64,000 nucleotides of DNA from Iphione sp. A-MEVVRFRX5 (taxonomy: Eukaryota). Positions 11,521-22,644 of the stretch are shown piece by piece. The notes beneath the pieces were generated by a model. That model did not search any database, was not told where the DNA came from, and was given only the letters and a program-made list of their open reading frames with translations. A program made the translations under genes and the position numbers. Each line of letters starts with the position of its first letter. The stretch's first letter is position 1. Location of the stretch: positions 115,940,001 to 116,004,000 of the forward strand of contig OZ320315.1 of NCBI GenBank assembly GCA_976226885.1, written 5' to 3'.

Positions 11521-11804
11521 ATGACCACCTTGGGCCATTACAGTGCTGTTCCCTGCCTTAGCCTTAGTCTTTCTCTGGGAGGGCTTCCCTGGGCAGAGAG
11601 GGTGTGATTTCAGCGTTCTATATACAAGGTTCTTAACCCAACCCAAGTTTTCTTCGGGTAGACGAGGGTAAAGTTTTGATAAGATTATACTCAGAAATTT
11701 CTTTCCTGGTTCAGGTAACCCAGGGTCCTTTAGATTTTTATCGGTCACTTCGTCTGTCCGGGATGTTGGTGACTCCCAATACTTGGGAAATTTGGAAGTC
11801 TGGT

Positions 11805-13388
11805 TTAGTTTCCCGGGCGGGAAAAATCAGCCTCACTGAGATGGTTATAGTCCCCATGGGTCTGTTCTATTGGGCGATTTCTGGGGACACCCCTGTCTTC
11901 CCAGGATTGTGGGGGGAGGCGTCTCTGCGGGCGTGGAGAGGGGAAGCGGTAGGGCCCCGGTTGAGGACCTATATTACGGGGAGGGCGGTATTCCTGCTGG
12001 TTTGGGGAATATTGTGACCTTCTTCCCCGTGAACCTCTTCCTCTATCAGGGTGTTGCGGGGGAGGACGGGCTCGTTCCTCCATGTCCCGCTTCTTGGTAC
12101 GACATTCCCTAGCATAGTGTCCTCTTTTCTGACAGTAATAGCATGTTATATTAGAGTCAGGAGGTGTCGGATCTGGGACCTGTCGTATTATGTTAGGAGG
12201 GGGTCAGGTGGTACCACCTATAGTCTTCAAGGTAACTGCTGCTATCTCACTGGGGAGTTCCTTCATTAGTTCTCTCTTAAGAGCATCAACCACTGCTTCC
12301 ATCCTGGAGATCCTTTTACGGAACCCTCCCTGGGCATGCCAGGCTTCCCTGGCATCCTTAACTGCCTTATCAAAAGAGGGGACCGTTCGCACCTTCATAG
12401 ATTCTCTTAATTCTGGGAGTATATTTTCCATGAAAATTCTTCCTGCCATTTCATCACGATCACGCCCTGCTGCCACACACACTTTCATAAGCCTATCTGC
12501 GAATTCAGAGGGGTGTTCATCTGGTCTCTGCTTAGTGGCACTTAGTCTGTCACCTAGTTCTACTGGAGGGGGTCCCTTTTGTTCTATCAAGAACTTTCTT
12601 AACTCATCCCAATCTTTATTGGCCTCTGTGTAGAGGTGGGCAGTGCGGGGGAGGAAGGTCCGTGCCTTTTCATAGCAACGTTCCTTCCAACCTACCTGTC
12701 CCCCTTGTTCTCCTTCCTGGGGGTTGGGGTTGTCCTCATACACAGCTTTAATATAGTCCTCATACTGATGTACCCAATCTACTACCTGATAGGGGTCAGA
12801 AGGGAACATCCCTGGGCGCTTAGGAATAATAGTTAACCTTTTTGCAAATGCTTCAATCATACCCTCTTCTGCCATTTTTCTTAACACACGTTGCTCTTCC
12901 CTAGCATTAATAAGGTTAGAACTTACTGGTTGTCGAGTCTGGTAGGATGGTGTAGGCTGGGGTGTACGCATTGACGGCTGTCGTGATGGCCCTGGTTGAG
13001 GCTGGTGGATCTCCAGTGACTGTCTGGAGGTAGAGGGGTGTGGCTTTGGTAGAAGTAGAGTCTTGCGTGGGCCTGGATGGAGGACCGGTGATGATGCCCG
13101 AGGTGTCGCGGTGGGTGGAGAGGAAGGTGATGCTGGACCTTGTGGTGGAAGAGCCAGAGGGGTAGCCCAAGATGTAGGTGAAGTGGACCGCCCTGGTGGT
13201 GAGTAGGATGGGCGCCGGTGAGGATGTTGCCCTGGAGTTGTTGGGGGCCTCTGGGTGTCCAAACTCCTTGGTGGCTCTTGAGAGGTGGCACGGGTTCGTT
13301 CCCGGGACCTTCCTTGCCGAGAGCTGCTGGAGGAAAGCTTGCTTTTGGCAGTAACACTCCTGGTGACTGGTCGGGAGGCTTCAGCCAT
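11805..13388 (-). pseudogene. gag: Ty3/gypsy-type Gag (Pro-rich N-terminus, capsid, basic Arg/Gly-rich tail), disrupted
   Basis: ORF 12204..13394 with KQRPDEHPSEFADRLMKV...FMENILPELRESM capsid C-terminal motif; ATG 25 nt after PBS; RG-rich ORF 11805..12083 follows. Confidence 0.8.
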
Positions 13389-13412
13389 ACACAAGAACTG
13401 CCAGGTGGTGGT

Positions 13413-13430
13413 TACCCGGGTTCTCCACCA
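13413..13430 (-). other. Primer-binding site, tRNA-Ala-like
   Basis: TGGTGGAGAACCCGGGTA, complementary to a tRNA-Ala-type 3' end (...TTCTCCACCA), between LTR and gag. Confidence 0.75.
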
Positions 13431-14533
13431 GTTTTAAGTTCACCTACTTTCAGTTGTTATAGTTTGTAAGTGACTTTATGCGGGATCAGCCAAATGAAGG
13501 AGTCACGCAAGATTTTAGGCTTCCACCTTTTTATTGAGGACTATGCACGTGGGGCATGAGTCCTCGACCTGGCAGTATCTCTGTGGCAACAAGTCCTAGT
13601 GGGCTGGGAAGTTTACTACTTATATTGAAAACTGGAGTTCCCAAGTGGCCTATTCCTGCAGGAGGACTGGACAAGACTGTGTTGGCTATCCCCTAGAAGG
13701 TAAACCTGTTCAGTCCAATGTATAAGTCCAGAGTGGTGATTAGGTTCAGGCCAAAGGTTGCTCTTGTGGAGATGTGCAGCAGTCTGCTCCCAGTCAAGGT
13801 ATCTCCCCTGGTAGGCCAGAACTGCCTGTTTATAAAGGGTCCTGGGCTCTATGATAATGAGGGGGGGGGAAGGGGTGGAGTCAATCAGACCCTCTGGCAA
13901 AGGTAGACCCTCTGCCAAGGGTACCTTCTCTCAAAGGTACCTTCCCATAAAGGTATGATGTAATAGGGTATGACCTAATATTATATAATGGGGGGTGGGT
14001 GGGTGGGTTAGTCAGACCTTCTGCCAAGGGTACCTTCCCTTAAAGGTACCTTCCCATAAAGGTATGATGTAATAGGGTATGACCTAATATTATATAATGG
14101 GGTGGGTGGGTGGGTTAGTCAGACCTCCTGCCAAGGGTACCTTCTCTCAAAGGTACCTTCCCTTAAAGGTATAGCGGGGAGGGATGGATGGATCAATCGG
14201 ACCTTCTGACAAAGGTAGACCCTTCGCCAAAGGTACCTTCCCCCAAAGGTACCTTCCCTTAAAGGTATAGCGGGGAGGGATGGATGGATCAATTGGACCT
14301 TCTGACAAAGGTAGACCCTTCGCCAAAGGTACCTTCCCCCAAAGGTACCTTCCCTTAAAGGTATAACGGGGAGGGATGGGTGGATCAATCGGACCTTCTG
14401 ACAAAGGTAGACCCTTCGCCAAAGGTACCCTTCCCCAAAGGTACCTTCCCCCAAAGGTCTGGCCCTCGGACATAAGTTTGGAGACGAGGAGATTTTTGAG
14501 GGGAAAACGTGTCCTAGAGTTGATAACTTAACA
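13431..14533 (-). mobile_element. 5' LTR of element E1 (1,103 bp)
   Basis: Starts TGTTAAGTTATCAA, ends CTTAAAAC at PBS; TATA-like motif about 13830, AATAAA about 13533; homologous to 22645..23950; 96 bp and about 110 bp tandem units at 13890..14460. Confidence 0.75.
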
Positions 14534-15076
14534 ATTCCTAGTATTGCCTTGTCATGGCGGCTGACCTATCAGGTAATTGTTTGTATCGCTATGGAGGTAG
14601 TATTTGCCAAGGTTGAAACCTGTGTCTGCAAAGTTAAGATGGGTCTATTTTGTCTGCTAACATATCTATGCACCGTACATCATCCATTGTGGCAGTACAA
14701 AATAGAGCTTTTGAGGCTGAACCCACAAATCCAAACCAGGACCGTGGTTGTCTACCTGCTGCCTCAGAGGTTGGATGTGCTAAAAGTCTATTGAGGTGGA
14801 GGTTTCCTTCTCCCATTTCGTGGAAGACTCTCTCATAAAGGTGTTGTATTTTTCGAATGAAGTCTTCCAGACGTCTGCATGTCCCTCTTTCAGAACATGG
14901 TAGTTGACCTCTTAGTGGAGTGATTTTATTAATAGATTGAAACGATTTAGGTCTGGGAATTATGAAGAGGTCTGCATTCTTATGGTTAGTGAAACACCAA
15001 AATTTTGCCACAAGGTGTATGATGAGTGTGTGGCAGGCACCAGGGTTATTACTAGAAGTAAGAAGGCTGTCCCCAT
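14534..15076 (-). pseudogene. env: env 5' fragment truncated by LTR E1
   Basis: MGTAFLLL start after TTTTAG acceptor; RQPR|SWFGFVGSASKALF; homologous to 35100..35706. Confidence 0.8.
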
Positions 15077-15269
15077 GTTGATCTAAAATGACATGTAGGT
15101 TAGCAATATTTTAGTTTAAATATCATATTATCTGCTAATACATTTGTTACAGGGAAAGTCTATGCACCCTCCCAAGCACTGAAAAAAGAAGCACTGAACA
15201 GAAAAAAGGGTGATAAAAAGGATAACAGACAGATCATATAGTGGACACAACTGTTTTATTGCATGACAA

Positions 15270-16290
15270 ATTTGGGAGGACAGTCCTTTTCCAGATTGAA
15301 GAATGTTTTTGACAGGGCCTCCTCCATAGCCTGTTGAGTGGCATACTCAAGCTAGAGGGGCCCTGAGTGGTGGTGCCTCACCTGCAAGGCTAGTGCACAG
15401 AGGAAGTCCCAGCACAGCAGATTGTCTGTACATATGTTTTTGGGAGTGTAGGGTCACCGGAGATATCGGATTAGGCAATCCTGTGTTCTAGAGGCTGCAG
15501 AGGGTTTAGTTATGTTAAAGGACCTGGACTTACTGAGGGCTGGGACTTTACCTAATAAGGTATCAATCAGAAGGAAGTGCTTTGTGAGCCAGCGCATAAG
15601 ACTCTCCCGACGGCAGGTCCACGATTCGTTTTATTGTGCCTGTTGCCATTGCACCTGGGGCTGTGTTACAGGAGCACCACATTGCTCATAGCACACATCG
15701 CAGAGGCCCCTCCACACCAGCTGCTCAGAGAGGTGCTGGGCATATTCCTGCTCAGCTTCATGGGACCCTGTGAGGAAACTGTTCTTTTGAGCCTTGTATG
15801 AGTGAATGTTTGTGTAGCTGGTGACAGCATTTACGGCTGCTTCCCTTACATGATCATAAGAGGTGCAGAGGCAAGAGGTCTGGCACAGCTCTCTGAGGCC
15901 CATCAGGACCAGTGTATCCCAGGAGGGTAAGTAGTATTGGAGCATAGAAGGTTCAGTCCCCATGTGTAGGTATGTTGTCAACAATTTTGTAACGTAGAGT
16001 TGTATGAGGGGGGAGTCCAAATTGAAGGTGTATTTCCACCCTTTGCCTTCATGTGCCATCAGGGTATGTGAAAGATTCTCAAGGAGATGGCGGTGTTGCT
16101 TTGGAGAGATGTCAAGGTGACGCAGACCGGAATCCTTGCGGAAGAGGGAAAAGATGAGGGAAGGGGTACAGTCGGTGAGGGTCTGTTGACTCCCCTGAAG
16201 GATGTGTGTTTCACGGCGTGTCATTCTAGTGTGGCTGTTCTGCATTGTCTGATGGTCAGAGAGAGAGAGAGATCTTTGCTTTAATGACAT
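15270..16290 (-). pseudogene. Fused X+Y accessory gene
   Basis: ORF 15631..16290: DSGLRHLDI...YLPSWDTL...REAAVNAV then EYAQHLSEQLVWRGLCDVCY; downstream frame ends QQAMEEALSKTFFNLEKD. Confidence 0.65.
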
Positions 16291-16849
16291 GACGTATTAC
16301 TTCTTATAATGTACTAATCACAGGAACTTCATTTTGAATTTGTAGTATAATTTGGTTTGATGAATAAAGTCTTCCTTCAGTAGAGTGATTAACCTGTGTA
16401 TAGTGTCTTATAAGTCCTCTAGGCTGCGACTGTTGGGCTCCTTTGTCCTTTGATGTCCTTTGATGATAATGTGATGGAGAGATGATAGAGGTAGCTAATC
16501 TCCTCACCTCCCCTGTGGTAGCAGACCTCTCTCATGTGATCAGCTCCAGCCCCCCTACAAATTAGTGTCTGTTTTGATGTCCATCTACTGACAGTCATAA
16601 TGAAGATAATGGAGAGCTTGGGAAGGACCATGAAACAAGCAGACTGGGTCACTTGGCCCCCAATGATCTGATCCCATCCACGTCCAAATCAGCCAGAGAG
16701 GCACTATCCACTTCCATGGATGAGGAGGAAGACAGGATAGTACGATTCAAGGTGAAACTACTCAAACCCTTTCCAAAGCACTAACCCCATGAACATGACA
16801 AAGATAAACTTGATCTATCACCAAAGGTCCGATTGGAGAGACTAAATAT

Positions 16850-19240
16850 ACCCCTAAATCATAAGAAAATAATACTAATAATATAAAATCAGATACAAAT
16901 TATATTAATATCACATTTAGGAAGTTTGATGAAAGAATAAAAAGAAGGTTGAAGGAAGTCTTAAATAATTTAGACTGGTCTCCCATGTATAATACTGATG
17001 ATATGAATGATGCCTGGAATTTTATGTTGACTTGGATGAAGTAACACCTGGATGAAGTAACACCTGAAATATCAAAGCAAGTTCCATCAAGAAAAGGCAA
17101 TGAATGGATCACTTCAGATCTGATTAAGCAAATAAGGTTAAAAAACTATTTTCTAAAAAAGGCAAAACAAAGAAAAGATATTGATACAATTCGTATTGCT
17201 AGAAGATTAAAAAGCCAGGTACGAAAATTGATCCAATCAAGTAAACAAAACTATGTTAGGAATAGGTTGAGTAATTATACTCTAGGTGAAAAGGATTATT
17301 GGGATTTGTTAAAGTCAATACTTGGTACTAATAAAAATGTTTGTAAGAAGATAAATATTGCTATTAATGGAGATATGCTACCTGTTGATATTATCCCAAA
17401 TGAATTCAACAAGTACTATACTGAAATTATTGAGAAATTAGTAGTGACTATTCCAACTGTATATGTTTCTGAACGATCAGGAAGATGTGATAATGCTGCT
17501 GACAAAAAATTTGGTTTGAAAAACATCAGCCAAAATGACCTAGCAAAGACTATATTAAATATTGATATGCGGAAATCGTCTAATGTACCAGGTATCCCAA
17601 CAAAAATCATGATTTACCTATTATTATGCACATTAAACCATTTCAATTATTTGATTAATAGAATGATCCAGACTGAATATATGCCAGATATCTGGAAACA
17701 AGCTAAGGTAGTCCCAGTGTATAAAGGAGGCGATAAAAGAAGGATGGAAAATTATCGACCAATATCTGTATTACAAACCCCGACAAAGATATTTGAAAAA
17801 TTAATATTTAATCAGATCTATGATCATTTGGAATTGTCTCAATTATTATCATCATCGCAATATGGATTCAGGAGAAATTTAGGAACTAGGGAGGCAGTTA
17901 TGGATGCACTTTTTTATACCATAGATCAATATAATTGCTGGAAGCATATCAATCTTATTTTTTATGACTTGAAAAAGGCCTTTGATATGGTGGACAGAAG
18001 AATTTTGATAAATAAATTAAGGGACCAATTTGCCTTAGATGATCCAACTTTGAAATTACTTTCGGCCTATTTAAGTGATAGAAAACAATATACTATGGTA
18101 AATGATGGAAAATCTGAGATATGTTTGAATAAATATGGAGTTCCACAAGGATCCACATTAGGGCCACTTCTTTTTAGTGCTTACATTAATGATCTACCAA
18201 GCTACTTAAATGAAAAAACGATCCTATTTGCAGATGACAGTCTTGTAATTATTTCATCGAATACTGTGAAAGAATTATCCGAAAGAACACAAAAAGTTTG
18301 TGATCTATTTGCTGAATGGTGCAATATGAATAGGATCTTAATCAATGTTAACAAAACAAAAATTATGTATATACCACCAGTTAAGCAGAACAACACTGAA
18401 TTGCCAGATGGTATAATCATTAAAGATCAATTAATTGATTATGTCCATGAGTACAAATATCTAGGTCTAACAATTGATGATCAGCTGAAATTTGATGTTG
18501 AATTGAAATGTGTTGTAACCAAGCAAATGAAAAAGCTCTATGTTATGAATAAAATGAAACATTATCTCAATAAGACAGATCTACTAGTGATTTATAAGAC
18601 ATTTATAAGACCCAGTTTGGACTATGTTACATCATTTCTAGGTGGAAATACAAGATTGATGCTGGGTAGACTACAATGTATACAGAATAGGGCTTTAGCT
18701 ATTATTGACTCAATGGATAATAAGGCTGGTATAAAACTTGGATCTAGAGAACTGCACCTAAAATATAACATTCCTAGTACTTATAGGAGAAGGGTTTCTT
18801 TTCAGCTGTGTTTAATTCATAATATGGTTGCCAATAAACTACTACCCATGAAAGAAGGAAGAGAGACTAGGTCTATGGCGGGTCCTATAATATATGTATC
18901 AAAACCAAGAAATCAAATGGTTAAAAAATCAATTTATTATCAAGGGGCTACTTTGTGGAATAATATGGATCCGATGTTTAGGTTAATGCAGTATGATTCT
19001 TTTTTCAAGGATATGGCAAGGGTGTTATCATGTAACGAATATGATTTTTAAGTTGCTTATATCTATACAATGTACATGAAATATTCATGTATTATAAATG
19101 CTAATTTGCATTGACAATGTAATGTACCTACTGTATTATCTGACTGTTATAGTACTGTAAATCTGTACTATGAAAAACGCCCTTCTCAGGGCGATAGTTG
19201 GATAATAAATTCTTTTGAAATTGAAATTGAAATTGAAATT
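16850..19240 (+). mobile_element. 5'-truncated CR1/L2-like LINE
   Basis: RT ORF, 3' UTR with CGCCCT-N4-AGGGCG hairpin, AATAAA and (TTGAAA)4 tail 19215..19240; 5' boundary approximate. Confidence 0.85.
17228..19051 (+). CDS. LINE reverse transcriptase (ORF2 lacking the endonuclease part)
   Basis: NYRPIS, QYGFR, DLKKAFD, GVPQGSTLGP, FADD, YKYLG motifs; frame extends upstream across a 16 bp duplication. Confidence 0.92.
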   Translation: MIQSSKQNYVRNRLSNYTLGEKDYWDLLKSILGTNKNVCKKINIAINGDMLPVDIIPNEFNKYYTEIIEKLVVTIPTVYVSERSGRCDNAADKKFGLKNISQNDLAKTILNIDMRKSSNVPGIPTKIMIYLLLCTLNHFNYLINRMIQTEYMPDIWKQAKVVPVYKGGDKRRMENYRPISVLQTPTKIFEKLIFNQIYDHLELSQLLSSSQYGFRRNLGTREAVMDALFYTIDQYNCWKHINLIFYDLKKAFDMVDRRILINKLRDQFALDDPTLKLLSAYLSDRKQYTMVNDGKSEICLNKYGVPQGSTLGPLLFSAYINDLPSYLNEKTILFADDSLVIISSNTVKELSERTQKVCDLFAEWCNMNRILINVNKTKIMYIPPVKQNNTELPDGIIIKDQLIDYVHEYKYLGLTIDDQLKFDVELKCVVTKQMKKLYVMNKMKHYLNKTDLLVIYKTFIRPSLDYVTSFLGGNTRLMLGRLQCIQNRALAIIDSMDNKAGIKLGSRELHLKYNIPSTYRRRVSFQLCLIHNMVANKLLPMKEGRETRSMAGPIIYVSKPRNQMVKKSIYYQGATLWNNMDPMFRLMQYDSFFKDMARVLSCNEYDF

Positions 19241-19338
19241 AATGCCATTCTCCTCATCACTTTGGGCTGGCTTGGGCGAGGAATCTCTTGCAGGTGAGTT
19301 ACGACTACTGTGTACCACTGGGATCTCTTTGGGGATGG

Positions 19339-20600
19339 CTAACATTTGAGGGACAGGCCAAGACACCAGTCTCTGTCTTCTGGCAGAAAATGGTCTTTGA
19401 GTAGTTTCACTTTGTCCTTCACAAAACTGTGAGGTGGTAAGTCTTCATGGGAGAAGTCATCATCATGAATTTCCCTATTCACTGTTGGAGCTGGGGAGCT
19501 AGTCTTTTTCAATCGGCTTATGGTAACTGGTCTTGCAAGGTGTTTGTTAGTTTGTAGGCATTGAAGAAAGACTGTAGAGTCAGTATGAAAGCTGGTTATT
19601 GCATAGGGCCCATGGTATACTTTGGCTAGTTTCAATTTTAATGAGGAGTCTCATAGTTTAGGCATGTATACCTACACTACATCACCCCTTTTCAGGTCTG
19701 GTTTGTATGCATTTTCTTCATGTTTGTCTTTCATTGCTAAGGCATATTTTTCTGAGGACTCATTTGCTGCCAGATGAGCCTGGGTTGAGTGTGGGTGCAT
19801 TGGACCAGTTCTGCAGCATGTGCTACTGCTGCGTGCCATCAGGTGCATGACCCGAACTGAACTGAGTGGCCCGCAGGGTTGGTCGTCATTGTGTTGTGTG
19901 AGATACCGCACACATATCTTACGGTGTTCCAGTTCTTTTTGTAAGTGGTTGAGGAAAGCCGCCTCCACCTCCTCTTCCTTTTAGGACCAGTTGGGGTAGT
20001 GCGCATGGAAGATGTGCGCATGCTCCCAGCCACGTAGGATGTCGAGTCCCGGGATATAATTTGTGATTTCATGACCCAGTTGATACGTGAAGGTGGGGTG
20101 GGTTTTATAGGAGCACGAGTCATTGCAGCAACCGAGTTGGTGGGGTGGCTTGTTGCCCTCTCCATGAGCATGGCCATGTCTCACATTAGGCCCACAAAAG
20201 CAGTGCCGGAGCTGGTAAAGGCATCCCTGATGGCTTTTTCAGCTTCAGTGAGGAGAGCTGCTGTTACTGTGAGGCCGGCCATGTCTGTAATGCTGTGTAG
20301 TGTGTCTGCAATGGTATGTAGTGTGTTTCTCATAAAAGGGTATTTTAGTACAGTGCCTGTTGTCATTGTGACCTGAGGAGGGGTTCGTGGTGGTTGATCC
20401 TAAAGGTTATAATAAAGTACACGTGCAGTTATTATATCAAGTTTTGGAAAAGGCTCTGAGTAATTGGAAGTCCATTTATATCGACCTTTACAATTAGCTT
20501 GTGAGGTGTACCAATATTCTTTTTTTTGCTTTGTTTTGCCTGACTGTGGGCAAAGTTGTCATTATAGGTTTCTAGGTGGTATGGGGGAATAAAAGGGGTG
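19339..20600 (-). pseudogene. Degenerate Ty3/gypsy integrase
   Basis: Across frameshifts: VDINGLPIT (first D), HNDNRHCTK (second D), RPHSNS/AEKAIRD (E), DLKRGDVV, and KLAKVYHGPYAI...VTISRLKK (GPY/F C-terminal domain). Confidence 0.72.
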
Positions 20601-20779
20601 CTTAGAGGATGAGGGTGTATTTTGTGGTGATTCTTAATGTCTAAAAGTCCTTGGGGCTCTCAGTACATGAGGTGAGTGTGGGGGTTGTGCCTAGGAGTTG
20701 TAGATTACTTAATTGGTAAAATGATAAGTTCAGGGAAATGGAGTAAACAAATGAGAAGTTTTATTGATCAAGTTAACAA

Positions 20780-21067
20780 CAACAACAAAAAAAAGACCTC
20801 CCAGCCCCTTTAGTGCTTCCTGGCCATGGTATACCACCAAATCGCATCCTCTACACTTTGCGGCATCAGTGGCATGTAGAGTCTTTGTAAGGCGATTACA
20901 CAGATCGCGTCCCAGGTGGGGAAGCAGTGGGCTGGGAGATCTGGCTCCACCTCTGTGCGGAGATAGCGGAGGATCTCCTCTTTCAGGGCTAGCCTGACTA
21001 GTTTATTGTCCAGGTCAAAGAATGTGCCCATCCAGACTGGCTGCAGGTGGCCAATCTGACATCTCAA
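20780..21067 (-). pseudogene. Accessory family 'X' copy (X4)
   Basis: WMGTFFDLDNKLVRL...EPDLPAHCFPTWDAICVIAL. Confidence 0.6.
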
Positions 21068-22018
21068 AAAGTTCGAGGCTACTGTCTGGAGGAAGCTTTT
21101 TTTTTGACAGGAACTATACTGTATTCCAGGATTGTTATTGTGGAGGTCTTGTAATCTTTTCTATAGATGTGCAGTATCTTACAGAAAGTCAAGAGTCTTC
21201 TTTTTGCAGATCTAAGTGTATTACCATAAAGCCCAATAATAATTTTTCTACATTTGGTTATGAGTTACTACAGTAAGATGCAACGTCTAAGGTAAAAGGT
21301 ATACAGGGTCTTGTCACCATGAATAATGTTCATAAAGGTTATACATAGAGCACTTTGATAAGATATCTAGGATGCATATATGTTGATAATGTGGCCCATG
21401 AGAGTAGCCATGTTCATAATTCCCCAGGGTGCCATTGTGGTCATGGAGATGTGTGACACCTGCTATCGGAGGAGCCTCCCTGCCTTAAGCGGGATGACTG
21501 CATGGTGCTGATATGAGTCTGATGGTGTGACTTCCCTTTGGAGAAAAGGAAAGTGATGGTAAGTGTTATCCCATTTGTGATGGGGAGTTGCATCAGGTCA
21601 TAGATGGTGGCCAGGTGTTTCTTTTCGCATGGAATGACTCCCAAATGGGCCCGTGTCAGATAGTGAGTCCTTCACCATTACTAATTCTATAGTCACTACA
21701 ATGTTTTCATGGGAGGTCGTTTGTTGTCCAGGGGCATTCCAGGTTTGTCAGTGAGGGCTCATTCAGGACTCTCCGCTACTTGGCAACTTGAATTCCCATT
21801 CCTGTTCCACGGGGAGGGGTAGGATGGGGTGGTTGCATCTGGGGATCTTGGTTGATGGAAGTTTGGTGTCTGGAGAATCGAGTGCTAGTAGGACGGGGTG
21901 TTTGCATCTGACGACGTCGGTTGATGGGCATTTGGCGGCTGGATAATTGGGGACTAGTCGGGCGGGACTACGGTATGCTGTTCCAGGACAATATGTGGAT
22001 CTGCCTTTCCTGTGCCCC

Positions 22019-22633
22019 TTAGGGGATACGGGGGCGACGGCGGCAGGTACGGCGATGCCCAACTTCTCGGGGGACAGTGCTGCGGCGTTTGGGCAGTGAG
22101 GACCGGTCAGAGCGGGAGCTGGATTCTCCTCTGGGACGGGTTGTTGGGGCGGCCCGTGGATGGGTAGGCCTGGCGGGACGGGATGTGGTATCCCGGGAGG
22201 ATGAGACATCCCTCTGGGGTGAGCCATCCCTGTGTGGTGAAGTATCCCAATGGGGCAGGATATTCCCATGAGATGAGGTATCTTGGCGGTGTGGGTAGTG
22301 CGTCTTGGGGTGTTGGTACAGGTTGGCTGCCAAAATGTCCATGCGTGCTGGTATATGGGAGGTCCTCTTCAGGTATTTCCCGAGGACCCTCACGGCTGCT
22401 TCTTTGGTCTGACTCGTGGCCAGAGAGAGCCCAACAGTTGATCGAAACTCTGCAAGGGCTACGGTAACCAGACTGTCCCAGGCGGGGTAGTACTTGGGTA
22501 GCATGCGAGGTGTCTGATGGTCCTTGAAGTAGGCCATGAGCATGTCGACCACCGTAAGCTGGGCCATTGGGTATTCTAGGTCGTAAAAGTAGCCTTTCCA
22601 GGGGTGAAGCACTGTGCCTATTGCTTCTACGGT
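22019..22633 (-). pseudogene. Accessory family 'X' copy, closest to X1, 5'-truncated at the PBS
   Basis: GTVLHPWKGYFYDLEYPMAQ...YYPAWDSLVTVAL...KEAAVRVLGKY. Confidence 0.7.
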
Positions 22634-22644
22634 GTTCTCCACCA
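22634..22644 (-). other. Truncated PBS (11 nt), tRNA-Ala-like
   Basis: TGGTGGAGAAC directly after LTR end CTTAAAAC. Confidence 0.6.

Noticed and set aside
14119-14473. Repeat ORFs in LTR arrays (also 23056..24045)
   Set aside because: Translations of U3 tandem repeats.
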